From: Amoebidium appalachense
Lineage: Eukaryota; Protista; Ichthyosporea
Direction of reading: 5' to 3'
Assembly (NCBI GenBank): GCA_963693365.1
Contig: CAVNZM010000010.1
Location: 7,999,794-8,063,793, forward strand
Length of the DNA stretch: 64,000 bases
Below the pieces are notes generated by a model, which was not told the origin of the DNA, ran no database searches, and worked only from the letters and a program-made list of their open reading frames with translations. Of the stretch, positions 27,005 to 41,519 are shown in pieces; positions within the stretch are counted from its first letter, which is position 1; each line of letters begins with the position of its first letter. A program made the translations under genes and the position numbers.

Positions 27005-27788
27005 TGTGTGTGTGTGTGCCTGTGTGCGTGTGCATGTGCGTGTGTGCATGTGTGTGTGTGTGCGTGTGCGTGCGCGCGCGCGCGTGTGTGTGTTTGTGTG
27101 TGAGTGCGTGTGTGGGTGCTTGTGTTTGTGTGGGGATGAGTGTGTGGGTGTGTGGGATTGCGGATGTGTGTATGTACGCGTGTGTCTTTGGGTGGGTGGG
27201 TGGGTGGGTGGGTTGGGGGGGGGGGGGGGGGGGGGGGAGATGGGGGGGATTAATGCAAACGATACAGAGAGAATGTTTGTGATTGAATTGCATGTAACCG
27301 TACAAGAGGATCGCTACGAAGGTTCGAGTGAACAAAACAGAGCTTGGCCATCAAGTGCAAACATAATCCTGCATTCAACTACCTCCAGCCACTGCCAGGG
27401 GAAGACGAGGAGGGGTCTCCCATAGACTGGGGGGAGGGGAGGGGGGTGGGGAAGGGGAGGGCGGGGGGGGGGAGGGGTAAGAGGAAGGAGGGAGGCGGGG
27501 GGGGGGGGGGGGGGAGGGAGAGAGAGAGAGAGGGGGGGGGGGGAGATAACGAGTGTGTTTGTATGATGTGTTGCCGCAGTTGGTGGGAGAGGGGGTGTAA
27601 GCGAAGGAATTCAACATGCCTTACCAAGTGCAAAGCAGAAGTATACGACACTGCAGATTTAGCAAGAAAGCGCAAGCGCATCAAGCACGCTTAATGAGCG
27701 GGGGAGGGGGTCAGGGGGACAGAGGTGCGAGGGGGGCAGGGAGGGGGGAGGGGGGAGGGGGGAGGGGAGGCAACACCTTCAGAGGCAG

Positions 27789-29622
27789 CTACATTTTCTT
27801 GCTGAGAGCCCTTTCCAGTGCAGCAATGCGCTCTTCCTGCTCAGCCACTGGACTTGGTGGGTAGCCCACCGTGCGATTAAAACCGACCGAGCCGTTTGTG
27901 ATGTTGGGGCATGTGGCAAGGGGCAGGAGACTCACGTCGGGCAAAAACACGTCCACTTGCTGCAGTGTGGGGTGGCCACCGAGACAAGCCAAATCGCGCA
28001 ACTTAACCAAATTGTAAAGTTTGAGCGTTCGGAGGGCGGGCATTTGTGCAAGCAGACAGATGTTTGTCAAATCGCGACAACCATCGATGCTGACGCTGGT
28101 TACCGCCGGTACATGAACGGGGCCATCTCCGAGGGAACGTAGCCAGAAGCAACAACTGATAACGATTTGGCGGAGGGATGGGCAGTTTGCCAAACGAGAG
28201 AGGGTCGTGCCCCCCAAATTGTCAAAGTAAAGCTTGGTGAGGGATGGTGGCAGGTGAACTGTGTGCATGTCTAAATCGAGGCATTCTATGACCGCCAATC
28301 TTTGCAGTGACAGGCAACGTGCCAGAAACTCCACCTCACGCAACCGACTCAAACCGTTCAACTCTACCGACCGTAGGTGTGTGTGGTCCTTGGAGGCATG
28401 AACACCAGCCAGGTTCCCCACTTCGCCATAGTAAAAATCGTGGATTTCTAGGTGCCGGAGGTGTGGGTGGCGGTCTAGGCTAAATTTCATTTCCCCCACC
28501 GGGATATCAACTGACTCACAGATGCAGCGCTTGAGCACGAGTGCTGTGAGTGCTGTGAACATGGCGAGGGAATCGAGGCTTACATGCGCCTGCACAAGCC
28601 TAAGCCTCTTCAGCGTGTTTGCTTGCGCAGAAAGAAAAGAAAACTCGCCCATCTGCATGCACATCCCATAGCCACGGTGAATAATCTCCACCGACTCCAG
28701 TCGCTGTAATCCGAATATCGGTAGGCCTGCCGGCAGTCCCGTACACTCAATGGAAACATCACGCAACCGCGAACATGACACCAACACACTTACATCCAGT
28801 GGCTGATGCAACGCCGTGATTTTGAAAACTTCCAAATTGGGGAAATAGGGGAACTCTCTGAATGTTCCTACGGCCATAGTGTACACATCTATACTTAGGT
28901 GGGTAAGGTTTGTGTACGCTTGCAATGCCGACATGGTGTGCACGAGGCTCAGTCTAGACGACGTTTTTACCCGCACGACGTTCGGACATGCCTGTATCAC
29001 CCACTGCAGGATCTCATTGACTTGGCAATCGAATGCCAGTTGCTTAATGCTCGCCCTTGGTTGCAGTGTTGGTAAATCCGAAGCCTGTTTGCAGATAATG
29101 TCAACCTTTTCCAGCCGTGTGCAATGCTCCCATATGGAGGCAATGCACCGTGACACAATTTTCCCACTGTCGCAGGCGCCAAATTTAACGTTGACCTCCC
29201 GCAGTTTGTTTCCGAGTGCCGTGACGACCAACACAAACACCTCTGCCCAAAACTCGTCGTCCAAAAAACTATTCCATTGCACGTGCAGTGCATCCACATT
29301 TGGCAGTGATGCCAGCACTTGCGACAGTGCAAACAGCGCGCCGCTATTTGATATTGACGTCCACGGCGTACCCCGCATATGCACCCACACTGAGCCGACC
29401 GCCTCCCCCCAAGGTTTGAGCTCCTCCGCCTTGGGAACTTGGGTTACGGTTCCATGTGCGTCCAATTTGAACCGTGGGATGTGTAGTTTTATAAGGCCGG
29501 CACGGGGGGACCGTGCGAGGGCGCAGAAGCGGCGGCAGATCAGCGAAAAGTTCTTGCAGTCGGCCCACGGCAGAAACCGGATGATGTGTGAGACAAGCTC
29601 GGGGGGTAGGGCGAGGAGGGGG
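27789..29622 (-). CDS. F-box / leucine-rich-repeat protein (large terminal exon; start exon not located)
   Basis: The frame is open upstream of the tracked ORF: LALPPELVSHIIRFLPWADCKNFSLICRRF (F-box), followed by LxxLxL repeats. An ACCACAG acceptor precedes 29622 and there is no in-frame ATG. Confidence 0.8.
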
Positions 29623-29795
29623 CTGTGGTCTGGGGTGTGTTTGCTTGTCAGAACATGCCGTCATGGTGCGGAATTGCTACCATGCCAAAAAAAATCCTTC
29701 TGTCGCAGGCACAAGGTGAGCTCAAGTGTTGTTTACATGCTTAATATTAGTCTGCTTCTCCAAGTACTTACATACACGGTGCTTGTGCTTGTGCT

Positions 29796-29851
<56 letters not shown>

Positions 29852-32524
29852 CGAACGTGCCCGCGCCCGTGCTTGCGTGCGTGTGTGCAGTGTGTGCATG
29901 CAAGCCGGTGTCCGTGCGCGCGTGCTTGTGCGCATGCGTGCGTGCGTGTGTCCTGAGCTGGGCGTGGGCGTGGGCGTGGAAACGTGTATGTGCCTGCTCT
30001 CCTAAAACCTAGGTTTGAATGTGCCAGGTGGGTATGTGTGCGCATCTGCGTGTGTATGTGCACGGCGCTGTGAGTGTTCGTGTGTGGTCATTCATCCATT
30101 GCACATACGGCGCTGTAAGTGGTCGTGTGTGTTCATGCATCCATTAGTGGATGTACGCATGTGTGTGCTCGTCCGTAAATTTACGCCTGGTTGCCGTGTT
30201 TGCAGTGTTTGTGCATCAAGTCCCCGTGTTTCCCATCCGCTTGCCTTTAGACAACTGCACATGCATGAGCGAAGAATGTGTAAATGTAAAAAGGAATGTG
30301 TGGTGCTGTTCACTGAGAAACCGAAGCATCATGAATTACAGAGAATCCTTGAGAAAATGGGGAGAGTGGATGGATGATGATAGGCGCGAGGAGGTGTAGT
30401 GATGCAAGTGGGGGTGCATGTGTGTGTAACGTGTTTCTGTGGCTGGGAGACCAGAACAGCAGGTGTGGCAGACCGAAAGACGAACATGTGCCACAAACTA
30501 ATCAAACGCGCGCACAAACAGCTCTTTATAGCTTGCTACTGTCTTAGGGAGGGAGAGGAGGAGGAGGAGGAGGATCCGGAGGGGGGGGGGGGAGGGGGGG
30601 GGGGGAGACGCTCGAAAAAGAAGGTAAACGTACCAGCCTTGCGCCGGGCGCCGCTTCTTAGCAACATGGTGTCCTATGGTGCGCCTCCGTGCTTACGTAG
30701 ATGTAGGCATAGACACTTGCACAGCCCAAGCTCTGATTTCCAAGGATTCAAAAACTTTTCTTCCAGACGTTGCCTGTCACACTGTCACGAAGCTGTCACT
30801 GTCAGATATGGCGAGGTCAAGGCCTCAGCCTCAGCCCTCAGGGCCTTCTGCCCTTGGCTCTGGTAGCGCTATTATTTTTGGCGCGAACAATTGACCAATC
30901 ACAGCCTTCTAATTTGACGTCATACTTGAGTAGCCATGATGCAGACCTGGATTTTTCCAGAGGAGAGCTTCCAGAATGTGCGTTTTCATCAGGGCCTCAG
31001 CTGTACATGTCGAAGCTTCGTATATTTAGCCTATGCAAAGTATGAGCTATATTAGTTTCAACCAGTCAACTAGTTTGCTTTCGATCGAACCCACAAGGTT
31101 TTCGTTGTCTTTCTTTTTCTTCTTTGCTCTCTTCTCTCTCTCTCTCCCTCCCTCCCTGTCCCCGTCCTTTCCTCCCTCCCTCCCCTTCTCTCCCTCTCTC
31201 TCCCCCTCCCCCCCTCCCCCCCCCCCCCCCCCCCCCTCTATCCCTCCCTCTCTCTCTCAACCCCATCCCTCCCCCGAGCCCTCCCTCCCCCTTTCCGGTG
31301 CCGATATGCCAGTGTGTGCTTATCTTACCGATCATTTTTTTTTTTTGGCCCATCCTCTGCTTTCATTGTTTTCTCGCTCACATTTTCCTTGCCACATGGT
31401 TTCGTGCTGGTTACGTGTCTTCCATGGCACCTCTTTATCAATCCCAACTTATTTTTTTCCCGTATGTCGATCAATGATTGTTACGAGAGTTTGTACGTTC
31501 TTTCCTGTTCTTAATGCCTAACTTCAAACCCTCCTCTCCCCTCCCCACACAAGGCACACAGACACATACGCACAAACACACATCACACTTAATACTACAT
31601 GCCACTTGCTATTCAACGCTAAAATGATCAAAACTACTATTGTGTGTGTGTGCATGTGTACATGTGCACCGTACAACAATACTGCAGCAGCACATAGTAC
31701 CAGGCTGTTGGCACAGGGCACGTTGCATAGTATTCCACTACCACTTGACAAAAGCACACCACTTGGCTCCAGCACACACACACACGGACACGCAAACACA
31801 CATGCATACACACACCTTTCTACACGTTCGTGAACCCACCACGAGTACGCATGCACGAAGAAAGCCGGTACATGGAACAGCTACAGCACGTGAACAATGC
31901 ATGGTCTACACATCTACATCACCCCACTCTCAAAGACAGGGGGTATGTTAACCCCCTTACACACACATGCTGCCTCTGCAATTTTTAGCTTGCGCCCTAA
32001 CTATCGGCATAAAAAAACGGTCAACGACCACGGTACATGTATAGAAGGTGTTATTTATTGGCAGTGTGTAATGCTATCAACACACCAGGGCCATTTCACA
32101 CTGCAAACACAGGGACCAGCCCTACTCAGTCATCACACATGAGCTTGCAAAATGCTATGTTTGCCTCAACTATTAATACTAAATAGGCTGTGAACGACCA
32201 CGTAACTTACAAGCCGTAATGTTCTAAAAAAAAAACCTATCCGGGAAAGAAAACGTGGGCAGTATGGTCGTTGTAAAAGGCACCATTGTTTGCCGACGCA
32301 GATCAACAGGAATAACTCGTGACACCAACGGAAGGCTCTAACGAGATTGTACTAGTTGCTTCTTAGGTGCCGCATCGCGTTTAAAACAAGACACTGTACA
32401 CTATATGCTCATTATATACATCTACTTTGCTTTTTGTGACCTTTCGAGCGCACTACCGTTTCGTTCACCATTTCACCATTTCACTTTCGTTCTCTTCAAA
32501 AAAGACCGTCCTCGTGATCCAGCA

Positions 32525-33500
32525 TCATCGTCTTGAAATGGTCCCTCTTGTCTCCAAAGCTGGGCTCTGCGACTGGTCCGTTTTTCTTGGCTTTATGAGG
32601 TAATACTGTTCTTCTCCGTCGTATTTTCGGCCACCCACCCACAGATCCTCGGCCACGTAGTGGTTCTCTTGTGAAGCCAGCCCGAAGTAGGTTTGCACAA
32701 GGCGTTGCAGCGCCTTAAAAGTGCTGTGTGCGGCTACAGGCATGTTTGACACAGAGATAGATTCGTGTGGTTTGTTATATTTCTGTATAGAAGCAACTCG
32801 GAAGGATAGCCAACTCAGTGCCCTGCCGTAGCAACTTGTTCCCTCGTGGTCCGCGTACGACACGGCCTGTATTACACTAGTGTGGAATGTATTCATGTAA
32901 AACCTTTATGTAAAGCCGGCTGTTACGATTACTTTGTGTGGAGTGTATTTATGTAAAGCCTTATGTAAAATCGGCTGTTACGATTACAAAGTAACAAGTA
33001 ATCTATGGAAACGTTATTCATCGGTGACGGTGCGATTGTGTAAACAGCAGTTTGTCTGGCACGTAACAGTGCCATGTCATCAAACTTAGCACCACGTGAA
33101 AATACAAACTGGCGCAGAATGAATCATGCCACCGGCTTATATACGGAGCGGCCAGCAAAGGCGCCAGTATGCTTTTTAAACTATTCGAATTGATTGGCTG
33201 TTAGGACCCATGCCGAGGATGTGTGGCGCCCGTGTGCTTTCTATCGATTGGGCGCAATCATTGCCCGTAATGGGGCCTACGTGTACTAGGCCATTTAGAA
33301 CACAAGAAAACGGTTCTTCAGAAAACCTATGCTTCACAACAAGAGATTTCATAACTCTTACTATCATTTTGTGTTTGTCGGTAAATGTCGGCTTCAGCTT
33401 GTGCCATTTCTTGCTGCTCCAAAACTTCAACACGTGGAGCCTTCCAGAGAGAACAGTGCTGTGGCCGACTTTTGAAAGTTTTGAGCCAGTAGAGAAATGT
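32525..33500 (-). pseudogene. Degenerate chromoviral Gypsy integrase C-terminus / chromodomain remnant
   Basis: KLKPTF, then MP..AHSTF...RL..Y, then YVAEDL..GRKYDGEEQYYLIK resemble the GPY/F and chromodomain motifs; heavily decayed. Confidence 0.45.
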
Positions 33501-35266
33501 GATTGGTTGATCATCCGGTGCCGCTACTGCCACAGAGTGATAGTGTTTGCGTTAAATAGGAAATATAAAACATGCGTCCAATCATAGTAGCTCTATATGT
33601 TCAGAGTCATGCAAGCCGCTTCGTTCGGGAATATGTGACATCATCTACATTCAACCTCGTGCTCGTCGCCGATTGGTGGAAGGTAGATTCGTCAGCTATC
33701 ACGCGGGTGCAAGGGCGGCCCCCAGGCCCGGCGCGCGCTGGTGGCCAGGCCACTCGGGCGCCAGTAATGTTTGCACGCCGTCGAGGAGTAGCTCTACTGT
33801 ACATGGTGCATTCCAAGCGAGCAAGAAAAAAAAAAAACCATTCCTGTAGTTTTTTGGGGAACGGGGAAGGCCTGGGGAGGGAGGGGCCCGGGGAGGGAAC
33901 TGCAGGCGCCGCGGACCTCCGCCGCCGCTGCCCGTAATGATCGTGCACGCGTGGCCCGGCTGCGGCAGTCACGTGCACGGAGTCGGTGACTCGACTGTGC
34001 GATAAAAAACACAGTCGTGACCGCCGTCGTAGTGTCAACGCATATGGAGTGCGGCGCCGAGATTACTATAGTACTGTACAGCCTATCATTTACGTTCTGC
34101 AACTGAATGAGGGGTAAAAAGCTGTGGGCTGTCAGTGAACTGTGAGCTGTATTGTAAGCTGAAGCTTTACTATGTATGAGAGCACTTGTCGAAGATTGCC
34201 GCCCCCCGGCGGCCGAGTACTGTCACCGCATGACAATCCCCCCAAAAAAGCTATAAACTAAGCCTTAGCTAAGTACACGAGGCTAGGCGTGTACTTATTT
34301 ATCTAATATTTTTCACTTCAACTCATGCAAGCATTTCCGCTGTGCTTGATATTTTTTTTTTCTTCTTTTGACTGGATTTATTCGACGGAAAGATATGACA
34401 AGTATGCACGGCATACTGAGAAGACAAGAAAAACTTCACGAGTTATCCAGTAACAAGTGCATACTGAGATACCTGAACACTGTGTGAAAATCATATAAAT
34501 ACTCGATGTGACGACCAACAGAATTCAACAAAAAGTCTAAAGTGTTCACATTGCCAGCTAGTGTAGCAGATACCCGGAGGGAAAGAGGTAAAACGCGACA
34601 TAAAAATTCACACCTATCAACAAACATGCTTGCGATTAAAAAGGTCAGCACAAAAGTGGCACCAGCGGCGATGAAAACAAGAATTACAGCGCCACTGCAC
34701 AACTTCCCAGGCAATATCAACATCAGAGCACCATACAGACTTATCTACTAGGGTGGTATCCATACGTACAGCAGGAGAAATGTATCCTGCCAAAGCTCCC
34801 AAAAAGCGATAATGATCAGTACGGTGTTGCCTAAGGAACATAACACATGCCGACTGAGTTTTACCTTTGATTTCCCTATCAGAACGAGAAAGAAACTTAT
34901 ACTGCGTATGGTAAGAACGCGAAAAGGCAGAAAAAACAGGAAGAGAAAAGAAAGAGGGAGTGAGATAGCGAGAGGAAGAATCAGGTGGAAAGAGGGTAGG
35001 CTGAGGACATTCAGAAGTAGCGTTGGTGAATCGGGGGGGAAGAGGGATGGAGGGAGGGGGGGGAAAGAAAGCATAAAGAGGGTGACCATCAGGTAGCCTA
35101 ACTAAATGAAAACAAAAACGAAGAGACAATTCCTCCATACGACAAACAGCAGACGACAATCCAAACATACTGATTAAGGGAGGCACAAACCGAGTACGAA
35201 ACAAAGTGCGTAGCGCAGTACCCTGAAAATCGTCGATATTTCACCTGTCTACTGTGACCACACAAC

Positions 35267-35544
35267 AATGTACGTTTCATATGCGCAGCAGATGAAAGAT
35301 GTTTCACGGAGCACTTCGGGCGCAGGCAGCCGGGCGGCCCATGACGTCACGGGCCGCGGCGCCAGGCGCAGCCGCAGCGGCGGCTGACATCGGTCTGGCG
35401 CAGCGCCTGACGTCAGGCGCCACCAGCGCCGGTATTTCCGGCGCAGCACACTGCAGATGCAGGCCACCTTCGTTTTCGCCGTGTGCTGCACGTACGGTTT
35501 TTGTTAGCACGATTGCGTTTTCGGTGGCTAGCACACGGCGGCTC
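35267..35544 (+). repeat. Split direct repeat A1 (278 bp; copy A2 at 55256-55533)
   Basis: Near-identical to A2 (one substitution seen); contains TGACGTCA twice and the palindrome GCGCCTGACGTCAGGCGC (35403-35420). Confidence 0.93.
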
Positions 35545-35548
35545 AAGT

Positions 35549-35621
35549 ATGGAAGTAGACCCAACAGACAATGGCCCTGCAGCACAGGCAGGGCAGGAGG
35601 CGCGCCCTCCTGTGCAGGACG

Positions 35622-35657
<36 letters not shown>

Positions 35658-36910
35658 TTGCCCTGACCCCTGAGCTGGCAGCGACCATTCGCATGTTTGC
35701 TTCTGAGGTGGCCAACGCGACCCGTCAGGCCCTGCAGGCCAGCCCGGCCCCCCCTTCCCAGCAAGATCTTCTCCTGCGCGCCTTCCCCCACCTCGTCAAC
35801 CTTGGCGGGGGCGGAACCGGTAGGAACCCCCCTGTCACGGGGCCCCCTGCCGCTGCGGCGGGGGCCGTGGATGCTGTAGAGCAACCCCCCGGCAACGCCA
35901 ACAAGCGCCCCCGTGAGGAGGACCCTCAGGGCGGCGACATGCACCAGCTGCCTCCGCCGCCCAATGCCCTGCAACTGGCCGTTTGGGGGGCCAGCCAGCG
36001 CAGCCAGTCGAACCCACCCTGCCCCCACCTGTCCCCGGAGGTCCGGGGGGCTGCCATCTTCGAGCCTATGCAGCATTTCGCTTTACTCGACCTGCTGCCG
36101 CCCACGGGCTCTTCTGTCCACACGCAGCGCCAGCCGGTTTCCCTGCCTGGCCTGCCTGCTGGCACGGTTGTGCTGCAGACGCCTGGCACCCAGCGCCAGC
36201 CCGCCCTGTGCCCGGACCTGCAGACCTACCTGCGCTGCATCTTGCAGCTGCTACGCCTACGCATCAACGCCGAAGCCCCCGTCACGGCCCTGCTGGCCCA
36301 CGCCGAGTTTGTGGCCACTGAGTTGGCACCCGAGTACCAGTGGGCTGCCATCATGCGCTGGGAGGATGCACACCGCCGGTCGTGCGCTGCCTCTGGCCGC
36401 CCACTCGACGCACCCGACGCTGTGCAGCTGGCCGTGTCCCTGTCTGGTGCCCGCCTGCACCAGGCACCCACCGCTCCCCGCACACCCCGGCAGCCTGCCT
36501 CTGGGGGGGCCACAGCCAGCCCTCGCGCCAGCCTGGCCCCTGCTGCGGATGAGATATGCCGGGGCTTCAACACGGCCAAGGGCTGCACCAGGAAGGGACC
36601 CAACCCTTGCCGCTACAAGCACGCCTGCCTGAAGTGCGGCTCAGCGGCGCACGGCGCACACGCCTGCCCTCCCAACCCAGCCAACGGGGCGGGGGAAGGG
36701 GGGGGCCAACCCGGCTTAGGGGGCCCAGCCCCCTTTCGGGCAGGGGCTGACGTCCGCGCTGGGCCTGCCCTCTCCGTTGCCCTGCGGGGCCCATGGTCGC
36801 CCCCCCAGCGGCACCACCACAGACCGTATCTGTCCCCAACTTCCGCCGTTTGTTTGAGTTGTTTCCGCACCCCGACAGTGCGTTTCAGCAGGCTCTGCTC
36901 CGCGACTTAG
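35549..36910 (+). CDS. Ngaro Gag-like protein
   Basis: ATG at 35549, poly-Q tract, and zinc-finger array CRGFNTAKGCTRKGPNPCRYKHACLKCGSAAHGAHAC. Confidence 0.85.
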
Positions 36911-38438
36911 AGCTGGGCTTCTCGGTCGGTTACTTCGGCGAGCGGGTCATCCGGGTGGGCCGAAACCACCCGTCCGCGCTGGCGGCCCGTGAGCAGCTTG
37001 CAGCCGACATTGCGAAGGAAGTGGCATGCGGCCACATCCTGGGCCCCTTCACCCGCGACGAGATGGTGGCCCTTTATCCTTATTTTGTATCCTCGCCCCT
37101 CGGGGCAGTTCCCAAAAAGGGCGGCACGGGCGTCCGCCGCATCCACGACCTTTCCTTCCCGCGTGGCTCCAGTATCAACGATGGGGTCGATTACCCGGAT
37201 CAGCTGGAGTACATCACCATCCGCACGGTGATGCAAACAGTAGCTCGGCTCGGCCAGGGCTGCTTCCTCGGGGCATACGACGTGAAGGGTGCCTTTCGTC
37301 ACGGCCCGGTGCACCCAGACGACCAGCCACTGCTGTCGTTCCAGCTGCTAGGCGCGTTCTATGTGGAGACCCGCCTACCGTTTGGCTTGCGGTCCAGCCC
37401 AGCGTTCTGGGAACGCATAGCTCAGGCCCTGCAGCACTTCGCCCACGCCCTCAACGCCACAGAGACACAGCATTTTGTGGACGACTTCTTTTTCGGCGGC
37501 CGTACGCTGCAAGAGTGCGCCTTCAACATGCTGGTGTTTCGGTGGGTGTGCTCGAAGGTGGGTGTTACGCTTGCCGACGACAAAGTGCAGCTGCCCTCAC
37601 ACACGCTCCTCTACTCTGGGCTCGAGTGGGACACTCTGCGCATGGAGGCCCGCTTACCTGCCGTCAAGCTGACCGAGCTCCGGGCCCTGCTAGCCGATTG
37701 GCGGGGTCGCACCAAGGCCACTGTTCGAGACCTACGGTCCCTGTGCGGCAAGCTCATGTGGTGTGCTCAGGTTGTGGCGCTGGGGCGTGCCCGTGCCTTT
37801 CTTCAACGCTTGCTTCATCTGCTGGCGGAGGCTGAGAGGGCCGGCCTAGGGCCCCACCACCACATCCGTGTCTGCGCCGACGCACGAGCCGACGTTGTGC
37901 TGTGGTCGGAGTTCCTCCCCGAGTGGAACGGCATACGTGTGCTTACCCCCCCCCCGTGCATCACATGTTCACCACAGATGCGGCCGGCAGCATAGGATGC
38001 GGTGGCTACTGGGGTCAAGCGTGGTTTCACCTAGCATGGACGGACCATTGGCGCACGGTCATTGCTGGCGGAGATGTGTGGGCTTCTGTGCTGTTTGAGC
38101 TGGCTGGCATTGCCGTGGCCCTGGTCTGTTGGGGTCCCAGCTGTCGCAACAGCCACATACGCGTGCTCACCGATAACGACGGTGCAGTATCTACGATCGC
38201 GTCCCGTCACTCCCCCGTCCCTGCCATTGCCCGGGTGCTGCGTCTCATCACGCTGATGGAAATGCGCTACACGGTGCTGGTCTCGGCCAAGCACATCCCT
38301 GGCGTGGAAAACTCGATTGCGGATGCCATCTCGCGAGCACAGTGGGCCACTTTCGACCGGCTGCACCCGTGGCACGCACCAGCCCCAACACCCGTGCCTG
38401 AGTGGCTAGCGGGGTGGTTTGCTGCCCCTCTCTCGTGA
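36793..38438 (+). CDS. Ngaro reverse transcriptase-RNase H (one frameshift in the C-run near 37950)
   Basis: SPLGAVPKK, RRIHDLSFP, YDVKGAF, LPFGLRSSP, HFVDDF; RNase H motifs FTTDAAG, FELAGI, TDNDG and HIPGVENSIADAISR in the shifted frame. Confidence 0.92.
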
Positions 38439-39520
38439 TGGGGCTGGGCCGCATCAGCAAACTTCCCGGAAGTATTGCCAACGTATTTTTTGCTATTGGC
38501 GCTATTGGCGATATTGGCAATAGAACCCCTTGCCGCCAATAGGAACGCCATATTGCAATAATATTGCTTTGGTATTGTCAATGGTAATACAGTACCAATA
38601 CCCTCTATTGTCGATATCCCGCTGATATGAATATATTATCCAGTATATGTTACATCAATATCGCCAATACATTAGAGTGCCATTACATTGCCATTGCATT
38701 ACTATTGCGCTAGCATTATAGACGTATTGCCAATATCAATTATACCCGGGCGATATTACAATAACAACCAAATAATATCAAAAATACAGATAATGATATG
38801 GATAATACTGTATTTTCGCATTGTAGTTGCACTATGAACGCATTATTAATGTATTGCCAATATGTAATTCATAGAAATACAAAGATTTAAATATCAAGAA
38901 ACATATAAACAATGTATTGCCAACATATGATCCAACTATAATCAATATATAAATGCGGTATCGCCGATAGGTTGCTTATATATCGTGAGTATATTGATGA
39001 CATAAACAGAGGTATGATTAATACACTCCCAACACATTACAAATAAGAAATATGTAAGTATGTTCCATATCAAGCATATATTGCCAACATACGAATGATA
39101 CCACCACCATAAAGATATAAGTGTTGATAATGCATTACATATATATTATAAATATCACACTATATTATCCAAATACATTGCCAATAAATTGATAATGGGA
39201 ACGAATGCATGCAAAGTACAGTATAAGTGCGCTTATAATATGAAAGGCATATCGGAGTAACGTCTTATATCTAAGAATAATACGTATGACGAACATTGCC
39301 AATGTATTAATAATAGCTTTATTGATACCTCAATCACATGCTCAATATATTGGCAATATGCACACGGTACGGTAAGCACAGCCCCATGATCATTATCAAT
39401 GAATTGCCAATGTATTGCACATGTCGACATCCATACGTGTTCCGTATGGTCACTTTATTAACTTCGGTTGGATAGTGGCATCAAGCACACTATTGCACAA
39501 CACAACTAATATACCACCCC

Positions 39521-39858
39521 AAGAGCAACACAGAAACGAAACACGGAAACAACAGCAGCCATAGGACAAAGAGCCCCAGACCCACAGGGTCTTGCCTCCA
39601 TACTTTATTTACCTTAACAGGACAAAGAGCCGGTACCCACCTATGGGTGCTAAACATGCACATGATCATTCATGTGCTATAAGAGCAACACAGAAACGAA
39701 ACACGGAAACAACAGCAGCCATAGGACAAAGAGCCCCAGACCCACAGGGTCTTGCCTCCATACTTTATTTACCTTAACAGGACAAAGAGCCGGTACCCAC
39801 CTATGAAACGAAAAACGGAAACAACAGCAGCCATAGGACAAAGAGCCGGTACCCACCT
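39521..39858. repeat. ~125-bp unit duplicated at a 160-bp period, plus a partial third copy
   Basis: AAGAGCAACACAGAAACG...GGTACCCACCTATG starts at 39521 and 39681. Confidence 0.85.
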
Positions 39859-40414
39859 CTAGATGATAACGTAGCCTTATAGCTGCTGATGACTTCATGG
39901 GCCAACCTTGCCAAAACCTGTAAAGGAACTCGAGCTAAGAATTAGCTCATCCTACTTGCGAGAAGTGGGGGGAGGGGGGGGGGGGGGGGGGGGGACTGAG
40001 GGGGCTGACTGAGAGTGGCAAAAAAAGAGTCGACAGAACCAACCTCAAAAATAGTAAGGACGGAAACCCGGACCAGAACTTATGAAGTCTAGAGAAGCAG
40101 AAAATAGCTTGAACGATCGGTGGAGGGGACGATAGCTATAGTGCTAACAGCAAAAGTAGTGCCCACAGTCGCTGGTTCATGAACGTGAAAGGCAACGTGC
40201 ATCTGCAGCCAGCAGACACACGCACACGCACGCACACACACACACATACACACACACACACACAGACACAGACACAGACATAAACACAGGACGGACACAG
40301 ACCAGACAGACAAACGCCATATGCACAAAAGCAGGCAACACAAAACTAACCTTCAAAGGGCAGCATGGTCCAAAACAATCAGCACGGTGGCTGCGCGATC
40401 TGCGGAGGGGATCT

Positions 40415-40518
40415 GTGACCAGGCGACCTGCGGGAAGGGAACTGCGACCAGGCGACCTGCGGGAAGGGACCTGCGACCAGGCGACCTGCGGGAAAGGACC
40501 TGCGGACCTGCGGGAAGG
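40415..40518. repeat. ~29-bp minisatellite
   Basis: GACCAGGCGACCTGCGGGAAGGGA.CTGC about 3.5 times. Confidence 0.8.
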
Positions 40519-40861
40519 GGGAAGAGAAATGGAGCAAACAACGTGCGTACAGGCTTAAATGGAGAAAAAATTGCAAACCGGATTGGGATTTAGCCAATCA
40601 CTATTCGCCGCGCCTGATCAGGAAAAAGATAAAAATAGATTTCGGCTCGCGCGCGCGCGTGCATCAGCTTAGTGCCCTTAGCGCTACCCTTAGTGCCCTT
40701 AGTCACAACTATCAGACTATAGTTACGTGTCCTCCACTTCTTTGTTCTTGACCATTTTTTCGGCATGAAAGGGTTTCTGTTACTTCTTGCTGTCCTTCTT
40801 AGCGTGCTTGCTTGTCTTTTTTTCAACATGGGTGTCACTGGCGCTTTCGACTTCTTTGAAA

Positions 40862-40907
<46 letters not shown>

Positions 40908-40935
40908 GCGCACGCACACACACTCACACATGCAC

Positions 40936-40967
<32 letters not shown>

Positions 40968-41519
40968 GGCGCGCACACACAGGCACGCACACACACACAG
41001 GCGCACACCTACACAACACACACAGCACAGGCACACACAAGCGCACACACGCACACACCCTGTTATCCCTGATCATGATGCCCCCTCCCCCCCTCCCTCT
41101 TCCCCCCCGCGCACCCCCCCCCCCCCCCCCCCCCCCCCCCACCCACCCCACCCACCCACCTACAAAGACGAAAACATTGTACATGTATTGCATACACAAA
41201 TATACTCGCACATATACATACACACATTCACTTTTAATCTTTCAGGCTACATGTGCAATATACATTAATTATGCACAGTCGATAGAATTCGTTGTGAAAC
41301 CCCCCCCCCCCCCCCCCCTCCTCGTTCCCCCCATATGCAATGGGGATAATATTGTTTCCCGCTATTAATAAAAAAAATCACCGTTCTAACTTCCTAAGAC
41401 CGAACCACTTGTAACACCGACAGTTTCGGTTGTGTGGAACCCCCCCCCCCCCCCCCCCCCCCCCCAACCCCCCCCCCCAACCCACCCACCACCACCTTAC
41501 CAATATTGAGGTGTACACT

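Noticed and set aside
33750-33765. tRNA-Lys-like PBS (TGGCGCCCGA) on the minus strand
   Set aside because: Short match, with no adjacent LTR end or LTR pair.
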